DNA from: a bacterium
Lineage (GTDB): Bacteria > Armatimonadota > Zipacnadia > Zipacnadales > UBA11051
NCBI GenBank assembly: GCA_030604405.1
Contig: JAUVVY010000013.1
Location: 3,267-67,266, forward strand
DNA: 64,000 nt
Reading direction: 5' to 3'
The notes under the pieces were generated by a model, which made no database searches, had not been told where the DNA came from, and worked only from the letters and a program-made list of their open reading frames with translations. Position numbers and translations under genes: made by a program. Shown here piece after piece: positions 9,124 through 19,748 of the stretch (position 1 is the first letter of the stretch; each line of letters begins with the position of its first letter).

Positions 9124-10083
9124 ATGGAATACCTGCAAATCTACGGAAAAATGTTGCTGATAAGGCGCTTTGAGCAGCGAGTGGCAGAGCTGCAGCGGGC
9201 CGGTGAGGTCCCCGGCTTCACGCACTTGTATTGGGGCCAGGAGGCGATCGCCACCGGGGTGTGTCACTGGCTGACGGAGGATGACTATGTGGTCAGTACG
9301 CACCGGGGTCATGGGCACTGTCTGGCGAAGGGCGCTGACGCGGGGCGCATGCTGGCCGAGATAATGGGACGTGAAGATGGCTACTGTCGCGGCCGGGGCG
9401 GCTCGATGCATGTGGCCGATTTCAGTTGTGGGATGCTGGGGGCCAACGGCATCGTGGGCGGGAGCCTGCCGATCTCAACAGGTGCAGCGCTGGCGTGCAA
9501 GCTCGCAGGCGATGGGAAGATCACTGTGGCGTTCTTCGGCGATGGGGCGGTCGAGGAAGGCGTGTTCCACGAAAGCCTCAACCTGGCGAGTCTGTGGAGC
9601 CTGCCACTGCTTTTCGTCTGCGAGAACAACCAGTGGGCTATCTCGGTCCCTGTGGGCAGGCGGCAAGCAGGCGGAGGTGCGGTTGCGCTGGCGGCGGCAC
9701 ACGGGATCAGCGCGTGCGCAGTGGATGGGAACGATGCAGTGGCGGTCGTCGAGGCCGCCGGCGAGATGGTGATGAGCGCGCGGCAGGGCAAGCCCGGCTT
9801 GCTCAACTGCCAGACAATCCGCTGGGGCGGGCACCATTCGGCACAGCCGACGAGAGCCTACCGGACGGAAGAGGACTGCACCAGGGGCGAAGCGGCCTGC
9901 CCAATCGCGCGGTTGGGCAAGCGTCTGGTTGCAGACGGCGAGGCGACTGAGGAGCAGCTACAGGCCGTCAGGGCGGAGGCGGACAGGGCGATTGATGCGG
10001 CTCAGCGGTTCGCACAGAGCAGCCCGCTGCCTCGCGCGGAGACGGTGACAGACTACGTGTACTATGAGGGAAGTGCCGAGTAG
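9124..10083 (+). CDS. pdhA: pyruvate/2-oxoacid (acetoin-type) dehydrogenase E1 component alpha subunit, TPP-dependent
   Basis: E1-alpha signature …GFTHLYWGQEAIATGVC…HRGHGHCLAKG…GDGAVEEGVFHESLNLAS… AGGA RBS 9 nt upstream. The stop codon abuts the beta-subunit start. Confidence 0.8.
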   Translation: MEYLQIYGKMLLIRRFEQRVAELQRAGEVPGFTHLYWGQEAIATGVCHWLTEDDYVVSTHRGHGHCLAKGADAGRMLAEIMGREDGYCRGRGGSMHVADFSCGMLGANGIVGGSLPISTGAALACKLAGDGKITVAFFGDGAVEEGVFHESLNLASLWSLPLLFVCENNQWAISVPVGRRQAGGGAVALAAAHGISACAVDGNDAVAVVEAAGEMVMSARQGKPGLLNCQTIRWGGHHSAQPTRAYRTEEDCTRGEAACPIARLGKRLVADGEATEEQLQAVRAEADRAIDAAQRFAQSSPLPRAETVTDYVYYEGSAE

Positions 10084-11076
10084 ATGGGGCAGATAACCTA
10101 TGCGGCGGCGCTGAACCGGGCGCTGGCGGAGGCAATGCGAGAGGACCCGAAGGTCGTTGTTCTCGGCGAGGACATCGGTGCCCTTGGCGGAATCTTCACG
10201 GTGACGCAGGGGTTGTTGGAGGAGTTCGGCCCCGCGCGCGTTTTCGAGACGCCACTATCAGAAGCCTGCTACGTGGGGTGCGGGACCGGGCTGGCGCTGT
10301 GTGGCTGGAGGCCCGTCGTCGAGCTGATGTTCACGGACTTCCTGATGGTAGCGATGGACCAGGTGTGCAACCAGGCAGCGAAGCTGCGGTACATGACCGG
10401 GGGGCAGGCGAAATTACCGATGACACTGCGGGCGCCGATCGGTGCGCGCAACTCGGCAGCGGCGCAGCACTCGCAATCCCCGCAGGCGTGGTTTGCGCAC
10501 ACACCCGGGCTGCGCGTTGTGATGCCTGCGACACCTGCTGACGCGCTTGGCTTGCTGGCCTCGGCGATAGAATGCGATGATCCCGTGCTGGTGTTGGAGC
10601 ACAAGTCCCATTACGGGGACAAGGGGCCGGTTCCAGAGGGGCGTCACCGCGTGCCCCTGGGCAAGGCAGAGGTCAAGCGAAGCGGAAAGGATGTCACCAT
10701 CGTCGGCTGCTCGCGGATGACGCTGCTGGCGCTGGAGGCGGCCGAGCAGTTGGCGGCAGAGGGCATCGAAGCGGAAGTCGTTGACCTGCGGAGCCTGAAC
10801 CCGCTGGACCGTGAGGCGATAGTGGGCTCGGTATCGCGGACCCGGCGTGCAGTAGTAGTGGACGAGGGCGTGCTCGACTTCGGCATCACCGCTGAGATAG
10901 CCGCGCTGGTCCACGGCGAGCTGTTTGACGAATTGCTTGCGCCGGTGGTGCGTGTCGGCGCCGTTCACGCACCGATTCCGTTCAGCCCGCCACTGGAGAG
11001 GGCTGCAGTTCCCCAGGTCGCGGATATCGTGGCGGCGGTGAGAAGATGTCTTGGCAAAAAACCGGCGGACATCTAG
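10084..11076 (+). CDS. pdhB: pyruvate/2-oxoacid dehydrogenase E1 component beta subunit (transketolase-like)
   Basis: E1-beta signature …VVLGEDIGALGGIFTVTQGLLEEFGPARVFETPLSE… with a transketolase C-terminal-like domain. The ATG directly follows the alpha-subunit TAG. Confidence 0.8.
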   Translation: MGQITYAAALNRALAEAMREDPKVVVLGEDIGALGGIFTVTQGLLEEFGPARVFETPLSEACYVGCGTGLALCGWRPVVELMFTDFLMVAMDQVCNQAAKLRYMTGGQAKLPMTLRAPIGARNSAAAQHSQSPQAWFAHTPGLRVVMPATPADALGLLASAIECDDPVLVLEHKSHYGDKGPVPEGRHRVPLGKAEVKRSGKDVTIVGCSRMTLLALEAAEQLAAEGIEAEVVDLRSLNPLDREAIVGSVSRTRRAVVVDEGVLDFGITAEIAALVHGELFDELLAPVVRVGAVHAPIPFSPPLERAAVPQVADIVAAVRRCLGKKPADI

Positions 11077-11474
11077 TACCGGGCCGTCGGAGCGTGCAGA
11101 AGCTGGCTGCAGACCGCTATCTCATCAGGCTCGACGACCAGCCGCACCTGATGAACAACTGGCTGCTGGTGCGCAAGGTGACCGGCGACGGCATCATAGT
11201 CGAGCCGCCGCCGACCCTCGACTCCAAGCAACGCACCTACAAGGTCTTTGCGGGCGAGGCGTCGAGCACCCGCTTGCTTGGGCCGCTGCGTGGCATCAAG
11301 CGACAGCCCATCTACAACGAGTACGGCAGGCAGATGCACTCCTGCCACCAGGTCATCACTGACGATTACACCGGCGTGGAGGAGGGCGGCGAGATCGCCA
11401 TCAGCCGCCTCGAGAAGGGCCATGACACGGTCTTCGTAACCAGGTTCGCCCACGCTACGCGGGATGCGGAGTAG
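11046..11474 (+). CDS. hypothetical protein
   Basis: 142-codon ORF overlapping the pdhB 3' end by 31 nt; an alternative start at the Met near 11151 is possible. No recognizable motif. Confidence 0.4.
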   Translation: MSWQKTGGHLVPGRRSVQKLAADRYLIRLDDQPHLMNNWLLVRKVTGDGIIVEPPPTLDSKQRTYKVFAGEASSTRLLGPLRGIKRQPIYNEYGRQMHSCHQVITDDYTGVEEGGEIAISRLEKGHDTVFVTRFAHATRDAE

Positions 11475-11607
11475 GCGCAAGTTCGTGCTAACTATCTACC
11501 TTGCTAAGGGCAGGTGATTGTTTGCCAGGCGGAGAACTACCATATGCGACAGAGATGGTCGGTGACTGACACACTGCCACGACTACGGAACCCGGGAGGC
11601 ATGGCCC

Positions 11608-13416
11608 ATGCGTGAGACCTACCTGCCCATCTACAGACAGGTCCTGTCACTAGGCCGGACGGACGAACCCGCCGCCGCGGCGCTTGCCGCACAGACTGCT
11701 GAGGAGGCGCGCGATGCGGGCGACGCAGCGGTAGCGACGTTCTTCGACGCGCTGTCTCTCCGCGTCAGGGGTCAACACGACGAGGCCATCCCACTGTTCG
11801 AGCAGTGCCGGGATGCGGCGGACTTCCCCTTGCCCGGCGAGCTGTTCTTCGAGTTGGGCCGCGCACACGGCAACCTCGGCGACTACGACAAGGCCATCGA
11901 GTGCTACCACAACGCGCTGGACGAGGAGAGCTACGACACGCCGGGCTCCGCCTGGAACAACATGGCCATCGCCTACGGCCACCTCGGCGAGCACGGCAAG
12001 GCCATCGAGTGCTACGAGAAAGCGCTTGCCGAGGAGAGCTACAAGACGCCGGGCAACGTCTGGAACAACATGGGCGTCGCCTACCAGCACCTCGGCGACC
12101 ACGACAAGGCGATCGAGTGCTACACGAAGGCCGTGGACAGCGCGGGGCGCGCTCATCTCGGACATGCCTGGCACAACATGGGCCTTCTGTATTGGATTGC
12201 AGGGCGCCTCGACCCAGCCAGAACGGCATTCGAGAACGCGATCCACGAGTATGAGAGACAGGGGGACACGGGGGACGCGGAGAATGCACGGGAGCGGCTG
12301 GCCGCCCTGGAGCGCCCTGACGAGGACTCGGCGAACCAACTGGCGCTGCCCAGCCAGGAGGCCAGAGCCGGGGAGCCGTTCGCTGGTTGGGCCACAGGCG
12401 GGCCCGAATCGGACCTCGATGATGTGTTCGTGTTTCTGAAGGACTGGAGCGGCTCCTCGCCCTACGCCGCTGTCACCAAGCCGGAGGAATTCGGAGGCCA
12501 ACCCATCGTCGGCGGTGGGTACTTCCTCAAGTGGAACGGCCGGGGGACCGTCATTGATCCCGGGATCGGCTTCGTGACCAACTTCCTCGGCGAGCCTTTC
12601 CACTCATGCGAAGTGCACCATGTTCTGACCACACACGCGCACATTGACCACACCGCAGACCTCATGGCTCTCCAGAACCTCCACAAGGAGTACTGCGAGG
12701 CCCTTGACAAGCACGGGCCCACCGGCGGCACGGCAAGATCGTCCCACCCGCTTACCCACTTCTGGGACAGGACAACGTTCCGCATCAACCCATACATACC
12801 GACATGCGATGCCGAAGATGGGGCGCACGAGCTCACTCCAAGCAGCCAACCGCACTTGCCCTCAGAAGCAGCAATGACGATAACGCCCCTCCACAGCCAG
12901 CACTGCGATGACTCGGTTGCACTGTTGCTCATGATGAAGGTGGGCGAGGAGGAACGGGTACGCATCGGCCTGACGTCCGACGCAGCCGTCGAGGCCGCCG
13001 GCAGTCTGGCGAAGGCGTTCCAAGGCTGTGATGTTATCATCCTGCACTTCAGCAAGCGCCATACGCCCGACCCTCTCACCGGCCAAGTCAAGGAGAGCCA
13101 TCTCGGCTTCGAGGGTTGCATCGAGATAATCAAGGACACGGATGCGCAGGTGTACGTAGTCGCAGAGTTCTGCGCGGAGGACGGCGAGGACCATCGCATC
13201 CGCGACACCAGGACGATTGGGGATCTGGCGGAAACACAAGCCACTGTGGTCCCCGCCGATATTGGCCTCACGCTGTGGCTCCCACGCGAACAGGGCGACC
13301 CGGTGCGTGTCAGGTGTTCGCGATGCAAGCAGCCCTGCGAAGCGAACCGCATCATCGTCCAGACCCCACAGGCCTTCCAGCGCATCACCTACGTCTGCCC
13401 GGACTGCACGCTCTGA
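11608..13416 (+). CDS. TPR-repeat / MBL-fold metallo-hydrolase / C-terminal zinc-ribbon fusion protein
   Basis: N-terminus has three near-identical 36-aa TPR units (…KAIECY…). Centre has MBL-fold motifs GGGYFLKWNGRGTVIDPG and HVLTTHAHIDHTADL (the H-x-H-x-D-H motif). C-terminus CSRCKQPC…CPDCTL is a CxxC…CxxC zinc ribbon. GGGAGG RBS. Confidence 0.7.
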   Translation: MRETYLPIYRQVLSLGRTDEPAAAALAAQTAEEARDAGDAAVATFFDALSLRVRGQHDEAIPLFEQCRDAADFPLPGELFFELGRAHGNLGDYDKAIECYHNALDEESYDTPGSAWNNMAIAYGHLGEHGKAIECYEKALAEESYKTPGNVWNNMGVAYQHLGDHDKAIECYTKAVDSAGRAHLGHAWHNMGLLYWIAGRLDPARTAFENAIHEYERQGDTGDAENARERLAALERPDEDSANQLALPSQEARAGEPFAGWATGGPESDLDDVFVFLKDWSGSSPYAAVTKPEEFGGQPIVGGGYFLKWNGRGTVIDPGIGFVTNFLGEPFHSCEVHHVLTTHAHIDHTADLMALQNLHKEYCEALDKHGPTGGTARSSHPLTHFWDRTTFRINPYIPTCDAEDGAHELTPSSQPHLPSEAAMTITPLHSQHCDDSVALLLMMKVGEEERVRIGLTSDAAVEAAGSLAKAFQGCDVIILHFSKRHTPDPLTGQVKESHLGFEGCIEIIKDTDAQVYVVAEFCAEDGEDHRIRDTRTIGDLAETQATVVPADIGLTLWLPREQGDPVRVRCSRCKQPCEANRIIVQTPQAFQRITYVCPDCTL

Positions 13417-13520
13417 GGGACCCGCGGGACGGGGGGTAGGCGCAAACTCTCGGCCTTGTCCGGTGTCGTTGAGGGGGGACCTGAGGCATCACCTGCGGAA
13501 AGCTAAGGAGACACGACGCC

Positions 13521-14450
13521 ATGAACAGCTCTTCGCCGCGACCATACAACATTCTCATCATCGGGGGCAGCGGCTTCGTCAGCGGAACGATGGCACGCGC
13601 CGCCGTTGCAGCCGGACACCGCACATGGGTGCTGACCCGGGGACAGCGGCCATTGCCTGACGGCGTGAGCGGGCTGGTGGCCGACCGTCATGACCACGAC
13701 GCCTTCGCCGCGGCCATCGCGGCAGCCGACACCGAATGGGATCTTGTGGTGGACTGCCAGGCTTTCAGCGCCGGCGATATCCGCCAGGATGTCACGGTGC
13801 TCTCCACTGTCGCAAAGCAGCTTCTGTACATCTCGACCGACTTCGTATTCGACCCGCTGCAGCGCAGCTTCCCGCAGCCGACAGAAGCCCCATACACGAC
13901 GGCGGATGACTACGGTGGCAACAAGCGCAGGGGCGAGCTGGAACTGCTCGAGGCGGATGCCGGCGATATGAAGTGGACCATCTTCCGGCCATGCCACATC
14001 TACGGGCCGGGCTCGGAACTGGGGTGTCTGCCCCTGCACGGACGCGACCCGGAGCTGATTGCCAGAATGAAGGCGGGCAAACCGCTGCAGCTTGTCGGCG
14101 GCGGATACTTCCTGCAGCAGCCCATCTGCGCGCGCGACCTTGCGACAATGGCGCTCGATGTCATCGGCAATGCAGCGGTGTATGGGGAGGTCTTCTGCAC
14201 CGCCGGGCCGGACATCATTGAGTCGAAGCGATACTATGAGATCATCGCCGCTGTGCTCGGTGTGGGCCTGACCGTCGAGGAAGTGCGGGTGTGTGATGCG
14301 CTTGAGGAAGACCCGGGCAAGCAGCCGTTCTACTGCCACCGTATCTATGATCTGTCGAGGCTGGCCGAACACGGACTGTCAGTGCCCTCGATGGCGATTG
14401 AGGACGGTCTGCGCGAGCACACGGAAAGCCTGCTGAGGACAAGGGGATAG
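13521..14450 (+). CDS. NAD-dependent epimerase/dehydratase family protein
   Basis: N-terminal Rossmann motif ILIIGGSGFVSG and extended-SDR fold features. RBS AAGGAGAC. Confidence 0.75.
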   Translation: MNSSSPRPYNILIIGGSGFVSGTMARAAVAAGHRTWVLTRGQRPLPDGVSGLVADRHDHDAFAAAIAAADTEWDLVVDCQAFSAGDIRQDVTVLSTVAKQLLYISTDFVFDPLQRSFPQPTEAPYTTADDYGGNKRRGELELLEADAGDMKWTIFRPCHIYGPGSELGCLPLHGRDPELIARMKAGKPLQLVGGGYFLQQPICARDLATMALDVIGNAAVYGEVFCTAGPDIIESKRYYEIIAAVLGVGLTVEEVRVCDALEEDPGKQPFYCHRIYDLSRLAEHGLSVPSMAIEDGLREHTESLLRTRG

Positions 14451-14546
14451 TGACGCGGCAGGGGACGAAGTAACAGATGGCGGAGCGGGCCGGGCACCCA
14501 CGACCCGCCCCACGACACTCCCACACTGATAGGAAACAAAGGCGGT

Positions 14547-14770
14547 GTTGTAGGGTGCAATTCATTGCGCCCACTCAGCAGGAGTGTGGAGGGCGTAGGG
14601 CCGGCGCGGTACCCTTCGGCAAGCTCAGGGCCTACGCCAAGCCCGCGCCCTACAACAAGGCCCACTCAGGAGCGGTGTGGAGGGAGTAGGGCCGGCGCGG
14701 TACAAGCCCGCGCCCTACAATAAGGCCCAGTCAGCAGCGGTGTGGAGGGCGTGATCAATCACGCCCCTAC
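14547..14770. repeat. tandem array of three REP-like hairpin repeat units
   Basis: Units 14569-14660, 14661-14724 and 14725-14770 share CCCACTCAG(C/G)AG(G/C)GGTGTGGAGGG(C/A)GTAGGGCCGGCGCGG…CCCGCGCCCTACAA. Each has a GC-rich stem: GTAGGGCCGGCGCGG/CCCGCGCCCTAC in units 1-2, GGGCGTGATCAATCACGCCC in unit 3. Related copies at 2381-2512. Confidence 0.7.
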
Positions 14771-14857
14771 GAACAGCGACAGCCGGCCTTTTGTGACCTA
14801 CCGACAATCTAAACCGGCACCCTAGCGATCCGGGAATGTGGAGGCCGGACTGGCGCC

Positions 14858-16132
14858 TCAGCCTTCGCAGTCGTCGCCCATTGCGTAGGCCGCGGCGATG
14901 GTCCTTTTCGGGTCGAACATCTCCTCGATAGGGCCAAGTTGCTGCTCCAGTTGGCAGGGCGGCTCGTATGTGTCGAGGTCCTCGCCGTTGGCGAAACCCT
15001 TTATCAGTTCGACCATGTACAGGAATGTGCGCAGAGGAATGTCGGGTGGGACGCCGTGGTCCACCGACGGGATGTAACGGCCGTAGTCACGGGCGGTGCG
15101 ATAGCGCTTGACGACCTCCGCACGCGCGCGTTGCTTATCGAAGCGCAGTTCGCGCTTGTCTATTCCGCCACGGATGAACAGCTTCGGGTAGTCGCGCAGA
15201 AACGTTTCCGGATCGTTTCCGGCGGCTATCTCGATGGGTTGGATGGCGTCAATTCCGGAGGGATGCATTACCGGGATGATCTGGCCGTTGTAGCCGTCGG
15301 AATCCATCTCCACGATGTCCACACCGTGGTCCTTGAAGAATTCGTACAGGCGCTCGTAGCGGGGGAGCATGAACTCGCGCATGTGGGCGGGAGAGAGCAT
15401 GGCCTGGCCCTTGTAGGCCATATCTTCATTGAGTGTGACCGTGTCCACCTTGATGTGCGACAGCGGCTGCTCGAGCAGGTCCATGAGGAACCACAGCCAG
15501 TACTCCATCATCTCATGGACGAGGGCGGGCTGGTCGTAGAACATCATCGAAAGGCCTTCGAAGCCGCACATGTCGCGCAACGTCCAGTAAAGGCACGGCA
15601 CGGTGAGCAGCACCGGGTGCCGGCTGGAGTTGCATTCGTCAATGACATCGGGCCACAGGCGGGCGTCACTGACATGGCGGTAGCGGTTGGGATTCAGATC
15701 GGTCAGCGGCGCTCCGTCGCCGCCGGGTCCGGTGCGCTCGGGCGAGTGAGGGTCGAAGTGGGTCTTCATCTGCTCCCAGTCGGCAGGCGTCTTGACGAAG
15801 TGCTCGATATAGCTGCGAGTGACGAAGCCGTCGGTGGGCTGGTTGATTGCGTCGAGACGCTTGACCCCCCAGTGGTCTCGCCAGATGCGGTAGTTGCCTC
15901 GCTCCTCAATGACGACTTCCTCGAAGGGCGGCACCGGGCCGCAGTAGACCTTGCCGATGCCGGTGAAGTCGTCGGCGCCGGTGAGTGCATGCCAGCCGGC
16001 AAGCTGCTGTTCGCTGAGTCCCTGCTTGCGCCAGGCTGCGAATGTTGCTGCGCGCGGCCCTCCGAAGATGTAGGGCATGCGGTCCACAGCTTCACCGCGC
16101 GTGATGGCCAGAAACCGTTCTCGTGGTGTCAT
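14858..16132 (-). CDS. uroporphyrinogen decarboxylase (URO-D) family protein, MtaA/CmuA-like methyltransferase type
   Basis: 424 aa with the URO-D-family C-terminal barrel pattern (…[17 protein letters not shown]…[12 protein letters not shown]…). Confidence 0.55.
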   Translation of the reverse strand: MTPRERFLAITRGEAVDRMPYIFGGPRAATFAAWRKQGLSEQQLAGWHALTGADDFTGIGKVYCGPVPPFEEVVIEERGNYRIWRDHWGVKRLDAINQPTDGFVTRSYIEHFVKTPADWEQMKTHFDPHSPERTGPGGDGAPLTDLNPNRYRHVSDARLWPDVIDECNSSRHPVLLTVPCLYWTLRDMCGFEGLSMMFYDQPALVHEMMEYWLWFLMDLLEQPLSHIKVDTVTLNEDMAYKGQAMLSPAHMREFMLPRYERLYEFFKDHGVDIVEMDSDGYNGQIIPVMHPSGIDAIQPIEIAAGNDPETFLRDYPKLFIRGGIDKRELRFDKQRARAEVVKRYRTARDYGRYIPSVDHGVPPDIPLRTFLYMVELIKGFANGEDLDTYEPPCQLEQQLGPIEEMFDPKRTIAAAYAMGDDCEG

Positions 16133-16170
16133 AAGTCGGCAAGCACCTCGTGCGCAATCTTTGCTGGATG

Positions 16171-19164
16171 CTACAGGCTCTGCTCCTGCGCCACGCGGCG
16201 GAGGTCATCGGCGGCGACAGGCTGGAGGTGGGAGTAGATGACGTAGCGGATCGTGTGGGTCTCGCCCGCGGCCATCTGGTGCGGCAGCGGGAGGCTGAAT
16301 GAACGGGTGGCCGATGCCACCGAGCGGTAGCGGAGCGGCTCGGACTGGGTGCATGTGTAGGCGCGGTCGAATATCACAGCCGAGCCGGCGCCGGCTTCGG
16401 AGGTCAGGTCGAAGCCGCGCATGGCGACAGGTGACATGTCCACATCGACACCGTCGCCTGCAGGGCCCATTAGCGGGAGCGGATCGCCGATGTTGAGGTC
16501 CGCGTCAAGCAGCTTCAGTGTGCGGTCGTCGGCGAAATACGGGATGGATTCGTACAGCTCGGTCAGGTTGAGGTCGGCGGTGGCGGTGAGTTGGAGCGTG
16601 ACGATGATGCGGTCGTCCTTGAAATGCAGCATGCGGGTGACTGTCAGCGGGGCGTAGGTGAGCCTTGCGGTCCTGCGGTAGATGCGGCCGGCTGCGTCGA
16701 AGGTGACGAACGGGTCGGCGAATGCGGATGAGACGATGGTCGGATCAACGTCGCTCGAACACTTCTCGCGTATGGGGGTGCTGCGGCGGCCCCAGACGGT
16801 GTTCGAGTACCAGATGTCGCTGTTGGAGCCGAGCAGCGTCGGGCCGCAGTCGGGCACGAAGACCGCCGACAGCCCGCCCGGCTTGGTGGCCTTACGCTGG
16901 CTGCCGCCATAGCCCGGCCCACCGTAGCCGACAAGCCTGCAATGGCCGTCTTTTGCCTCGGCGATAGTCAGATGGGCCCAGTCAGGGAGTGTCGGCCCGC
17001 CGTAGCTGATGCTGTAGTACCGGGGCGTTTTGATGAAGTAGAATTTGTTGTCAATGACGCGCGTGAAGCTGCCATCTTCCAGACACGGCCACGGGCGCTT
17101 CGGCTCCTGGCCCTGGTTTTGCCACAGATCGGCGTAGATGACGCGGTCAATCGCGCCCTGTGGCAAACCGGATTTGTGGGTATAGTAGCGTGTGCGGAAG
17201 TTCAGGTCGGTCGGCGAGCAGGTCTCGCCAAAGCAGTTGACGGTATGCACCCCGCGCTTGGGCAGCGTCAGATGCGTCTTCAGGTAGTAGAACTTGTCCC
17301 ACCAGTCGATCAGGGCGGGCTCGTGGATGACATCCCATACCCGGCCCATGTTCATGACCTGCTCGATGGTGTACTCGCTGTCGAAGCCCCATCCGTCGGC
17401 CAGATAGCCGGCTCCGGTCATGGCCAGATCGGCGGCGCGTGTGAATCCGACGCTGCTCTTGTGGGAATAGGGCGTGGCATCGGGGTTGAGGCGTCCGAGC
17501 ATACCGGGAGCGGTCATGCGGCGGGAATGGCTGCGGAGCATGCCGAGGATTTCGTCATCGCCGATGGCTTTCCATATCTGGAGCACGGCGGCCATGTTGT
17601 AGGTCCACTGGTTGGAGGTGTCGCCACAGTGCATGAGCCAGCGACTGCCGACCCAGAGGCGGAGTGACTGGTGCCAGGCGTCCGCAACTTCCTGCGGCAA
17701 TGCAGGGGTCAGGACGTCTTTCATGTGAACGGCGGAAAGCGAGTGGAGCGAGTCGCCGCCCAGTGAATACCATCCCGAACGCATGCATGCCGAACTGATG
17801 GAGTTCTCGTCTGCCTCGATGGTCTTGGGGAAATCGTACTTGGCCTCGTACCAGAAGTGCGGGCTCTGTTTGCGTAGATCGTGGAGACGGTGCAGCAGCA
17901 CGCGGCGAACCAGGGCGGGATTGGCATGGTAGGGGTTGGCGGGATGCTGCGTACCTGCCGCGATGGCAGCCAGGTTGATGCCGCCCTTCGGAGGGGTGCC
18001 TGCGGTGAGCAGCCCGTAGGTGGGACTTGCCGGGTCGAGGTCCTGGGATGCGAGCAGTTGAGGGAGTTGGTGGAGGGCGTCGCGCAACTGTTTGTGCTCG
18101 ATCGCGTCGGGCTGCACGTCGAGGGCCGGTACGTGCAAGTCGTCGGGCTTGATGCTGTCGGCCCACGTGTCGAGCACGCGCTGGCAGGCATGGAAGGTCT
18201 GGCGTCCGCGCGTATCCACCTGCAGCCCGCCATGGATCATCTGCGCGGTCGGCACGTCGGGACACAATACGAATGGCACACCGTGGAGGTGCATGCATGC
18301 GCCCGGCGTCTTGCCGACGGCGCGAACCCTGTAGATGCAGTCTCCGCGTGCAGGGGTGTGCAGAATGTAGTTGAGGAATGTCGCAGGTCGCGTTTCGCCG
18401 AGGATGGTTCCGTCCTGGTCCTCAATGCGCAAACGCCAGTTGAAGGGCTGGACCTCCTCGCTGATGCTGATGCCGATGTCCTGCACGGCAGGCGGAATGT
18501 AGAGATACGCCTCGTTGAGCCGGCTGCCGTGAATGTAGAGGGGACCCGGCCCCGGATGAATGCCGGTGCGGATGGGGCGGTCGGGAGTGATGCTGATCCA
18601 GTGGTCCCAACTGGCAACGATGACGACGCGGTAGAGGCCTTTGCCGGCTGCGGGAACGTCAACGTGCATGGTGCGGAAGGGCAGCTTTTCGGGGTGCTGC
18701 AGGTACGGTGAGCGCTGCTTGGTGGGCGGATGGCCGCCCGGAGTGTGGAGGCGATGCCATTCGCGGTAGCGGAAGTCGCAGTAAACGTCGTAGATGCCAT
18801 CGCGGTACTGTTCGTTGCCTGCCACGTACCCGTCATCGGGCATGATCTCACGCACAAGCGTTGTGGCATCAGGACCGACGACCCAGATCATTACAGGACG
18901 CGGGCCCTGCATGTAAGTGTTCATGTCGCGGACGGTGATGTCGAGGCCGAAGCCGACGCCGCGGTCGTCCTGCATGTGGAAGTTGAGCCATTCTCGGGGT
19001 CGCCATAGAACGTCAGGGCCAAGGTACTGGGTGCCCGGGGCTTTGCCTCGCCAGGCGGGAACCTGTGGCGAGGTGGACGCGTAATCGGCGTGCACAAAGA
19101 CATTTCCTGCAACAGACAGCGTCAGCAGTGTGGCTATGGAAAACAGGTTAATGAGAGTAGGCAT
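16171..19164 (-). CDS. large secreted hypothetical protein (putative polysaccharide-active enzyme)
   Basis: About 1000-codon ORF. Signal peptide [26 protein letters not shown] from the internal Met at 19164; the ORF as listed extends 9 codons further, to 19191. No confidently recognizable catalytic motif. Neighbours are glycan-degrading. Confidence 0.6.
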   Translation of the reverse strand: MPTLINLFSIATLLTLSVAGNVFVHADYASTSPQVPAWRGKAPGTQYLGPDVLWRPREWLNFHMQDDRGVGFGLDITVRDMNTYMQGPRPVMIWVVGPDATTLVREIMPDDGYVAGNEQYRDGIYDVYCDFRYREWHRLHTPGGHPPTKQRSPYLQHPEKLPFRTMHVDVPAAGKGLYRVVIVASWDHWISITPDRPIRTGIHPGPGPLYIHGSRLNEAYLYIPPAVQDIGISISEEVQPFNWRLRIEDQDGTILGETRPATFLNYILHTPARGDCIYRVRAVGKTPGACMHLHGVPFVLCPDVPTAQMIHGGLQVDTRGRQTFHACQRVLDTWADSIKPDDLHVPALDVQPDAIEHKQLRDALHQLPQLLASQDLDPASPTYGLLTAGTPPKGGINLAAIAAGTQHPANPYHANPALVRRVLLHRLHDLRKQSPHFWYEAKYDFPKTIEADENSISSACMRSGWYSLGGDSLHSLSAVHMKDVLTPALPQEVADAWHQSLRLWVGSRWLMHCGDTSNQWTYNMAAVLQIWKAIGDDEILGMLRSHSRRMTAPGMLGRLNPDATPYSHKSSVGFTRAADLAMTGAGYLADGWGFDSEYTIEQVMNMGRVWDVIHEPALIDWWDKFYYLKTHLTLPKRGVHTVNCFGETCSPTDLNFRTRYYTHKSGLPQGAIDRVIYADLWQNQGQEPKRPWPCLEDGSFTRVIDNKFYFIKTPRYYSISYGGPTLPDWAHLTIAEAKDGHCRLVGYGGPGYGGSQRKATKPGGLSAVFVPDCGPTLLGSNSDIWYSNTVWGRRSTPIREKCSSDVDPTIVSSAFADPFVTFDAAGRIYRRTARLTYAPLTVTRMLHFKDDRIIVTLQLTATADLNLTELYESIPYFADDRTLKLLDADLNIGDPLPLMGPAGDGVDVDMSPVAMRGFDLTSEAGAGSAVIFDRAYTCTQSEPLRYRSVASATRSFSLPLPHQMAAGETHTIRYVIYSHLQPVAADDLRRVAQEQSL

Positions 19165-19627
19165 GTTACCTCCCGCCACAGGATGTGGCATGTATCGGGT
19201 ACGTGATGGGGCACTATTCCCTGCGGGGCGCAGCTATTCCTGCATGGGAAGGAGATCGGCGGCCGGATGACTACTGCGCAGGCGGCCAGGCGCACAGGTC
19301 GAGGTTCATTGAACTACCGATACGCTCCATACTCGGCCCACTGCCCGTCGGTGTCCCACGTGCCGTGTGCAAGGCCGCCCGATGCGCCGACCTTCTCGAC
19401 GACCTTGGTGTCCTTCCGGAAAACTCATGTCAGCCACATTCATGGGCCTCACTGGTGTTTTCGCCGGGAATCTAATGCTGCTCACACCGCACACGATTGT
19501 GGTATTCGAACATAGGAACTTCATCTGGGCACGGTTTTCCGGGAAGGACAACCCCCGACGGTGAGCTGCGATATGGGCTGGGCCCTTCGATGGCGCGGAT
19601 CTGCAGTGCATCGTGCTAGGAGAAGCG

Positions 19628-19656
19628 TTGGCAAAGGATAGCCAAAGGGGTATAAT
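19628..19656 (+). promoter_or_regulatory. near-consensus sigma70-type promoter (TTGGCA-N17-TATAAT)
   Basis: TTGGCA at 19628-19633, 17-nt spacer, TATAAT at 19651-19656. Lies in a 1.3-kb gene-poor region upstream of a decayed ORF. Confidence 0.45.
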
Positions 19657-19748
19657 CACTCAATACTCCGGGGCGAAGGCAGGAGAGGCGACACGCGCGC
19701 GGGATCGCGGGCGCTTTCACCAGCTTGACTGAGAAAAGGGTGTGTGAA

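Noticed and set aside
8245-9411. Full 388-aa minus-strand ORF as the SDR gene
   Set aside because: The SDR fold starts at the internal Met (9002), which has a GGAGAG RBS. The upstream 136 codons are low-complexity and overlap the divergent pdhA promoter and start.
11650-12603. Long antisense and alternative-frame ORFs inside the TPR-MBL gene (11650-12603 minus, 11765-12289 minus, 11813-12439 plus, 12462-13388 minus)
   Set aside because: Arg/Ala/Pro-rich, low-complexity translations typical of off-frame reading of GC-rich DNA. The plus-frame protein has coherent TPR and MBL motifs.
16939-18711. Plus-strand ORFs 16942-17667 and 17881-18711
   Set aside because: Antisense to the continuous 1000-codon secreted-protein gene. 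Gly/Val/Ala-rich with no motifs.
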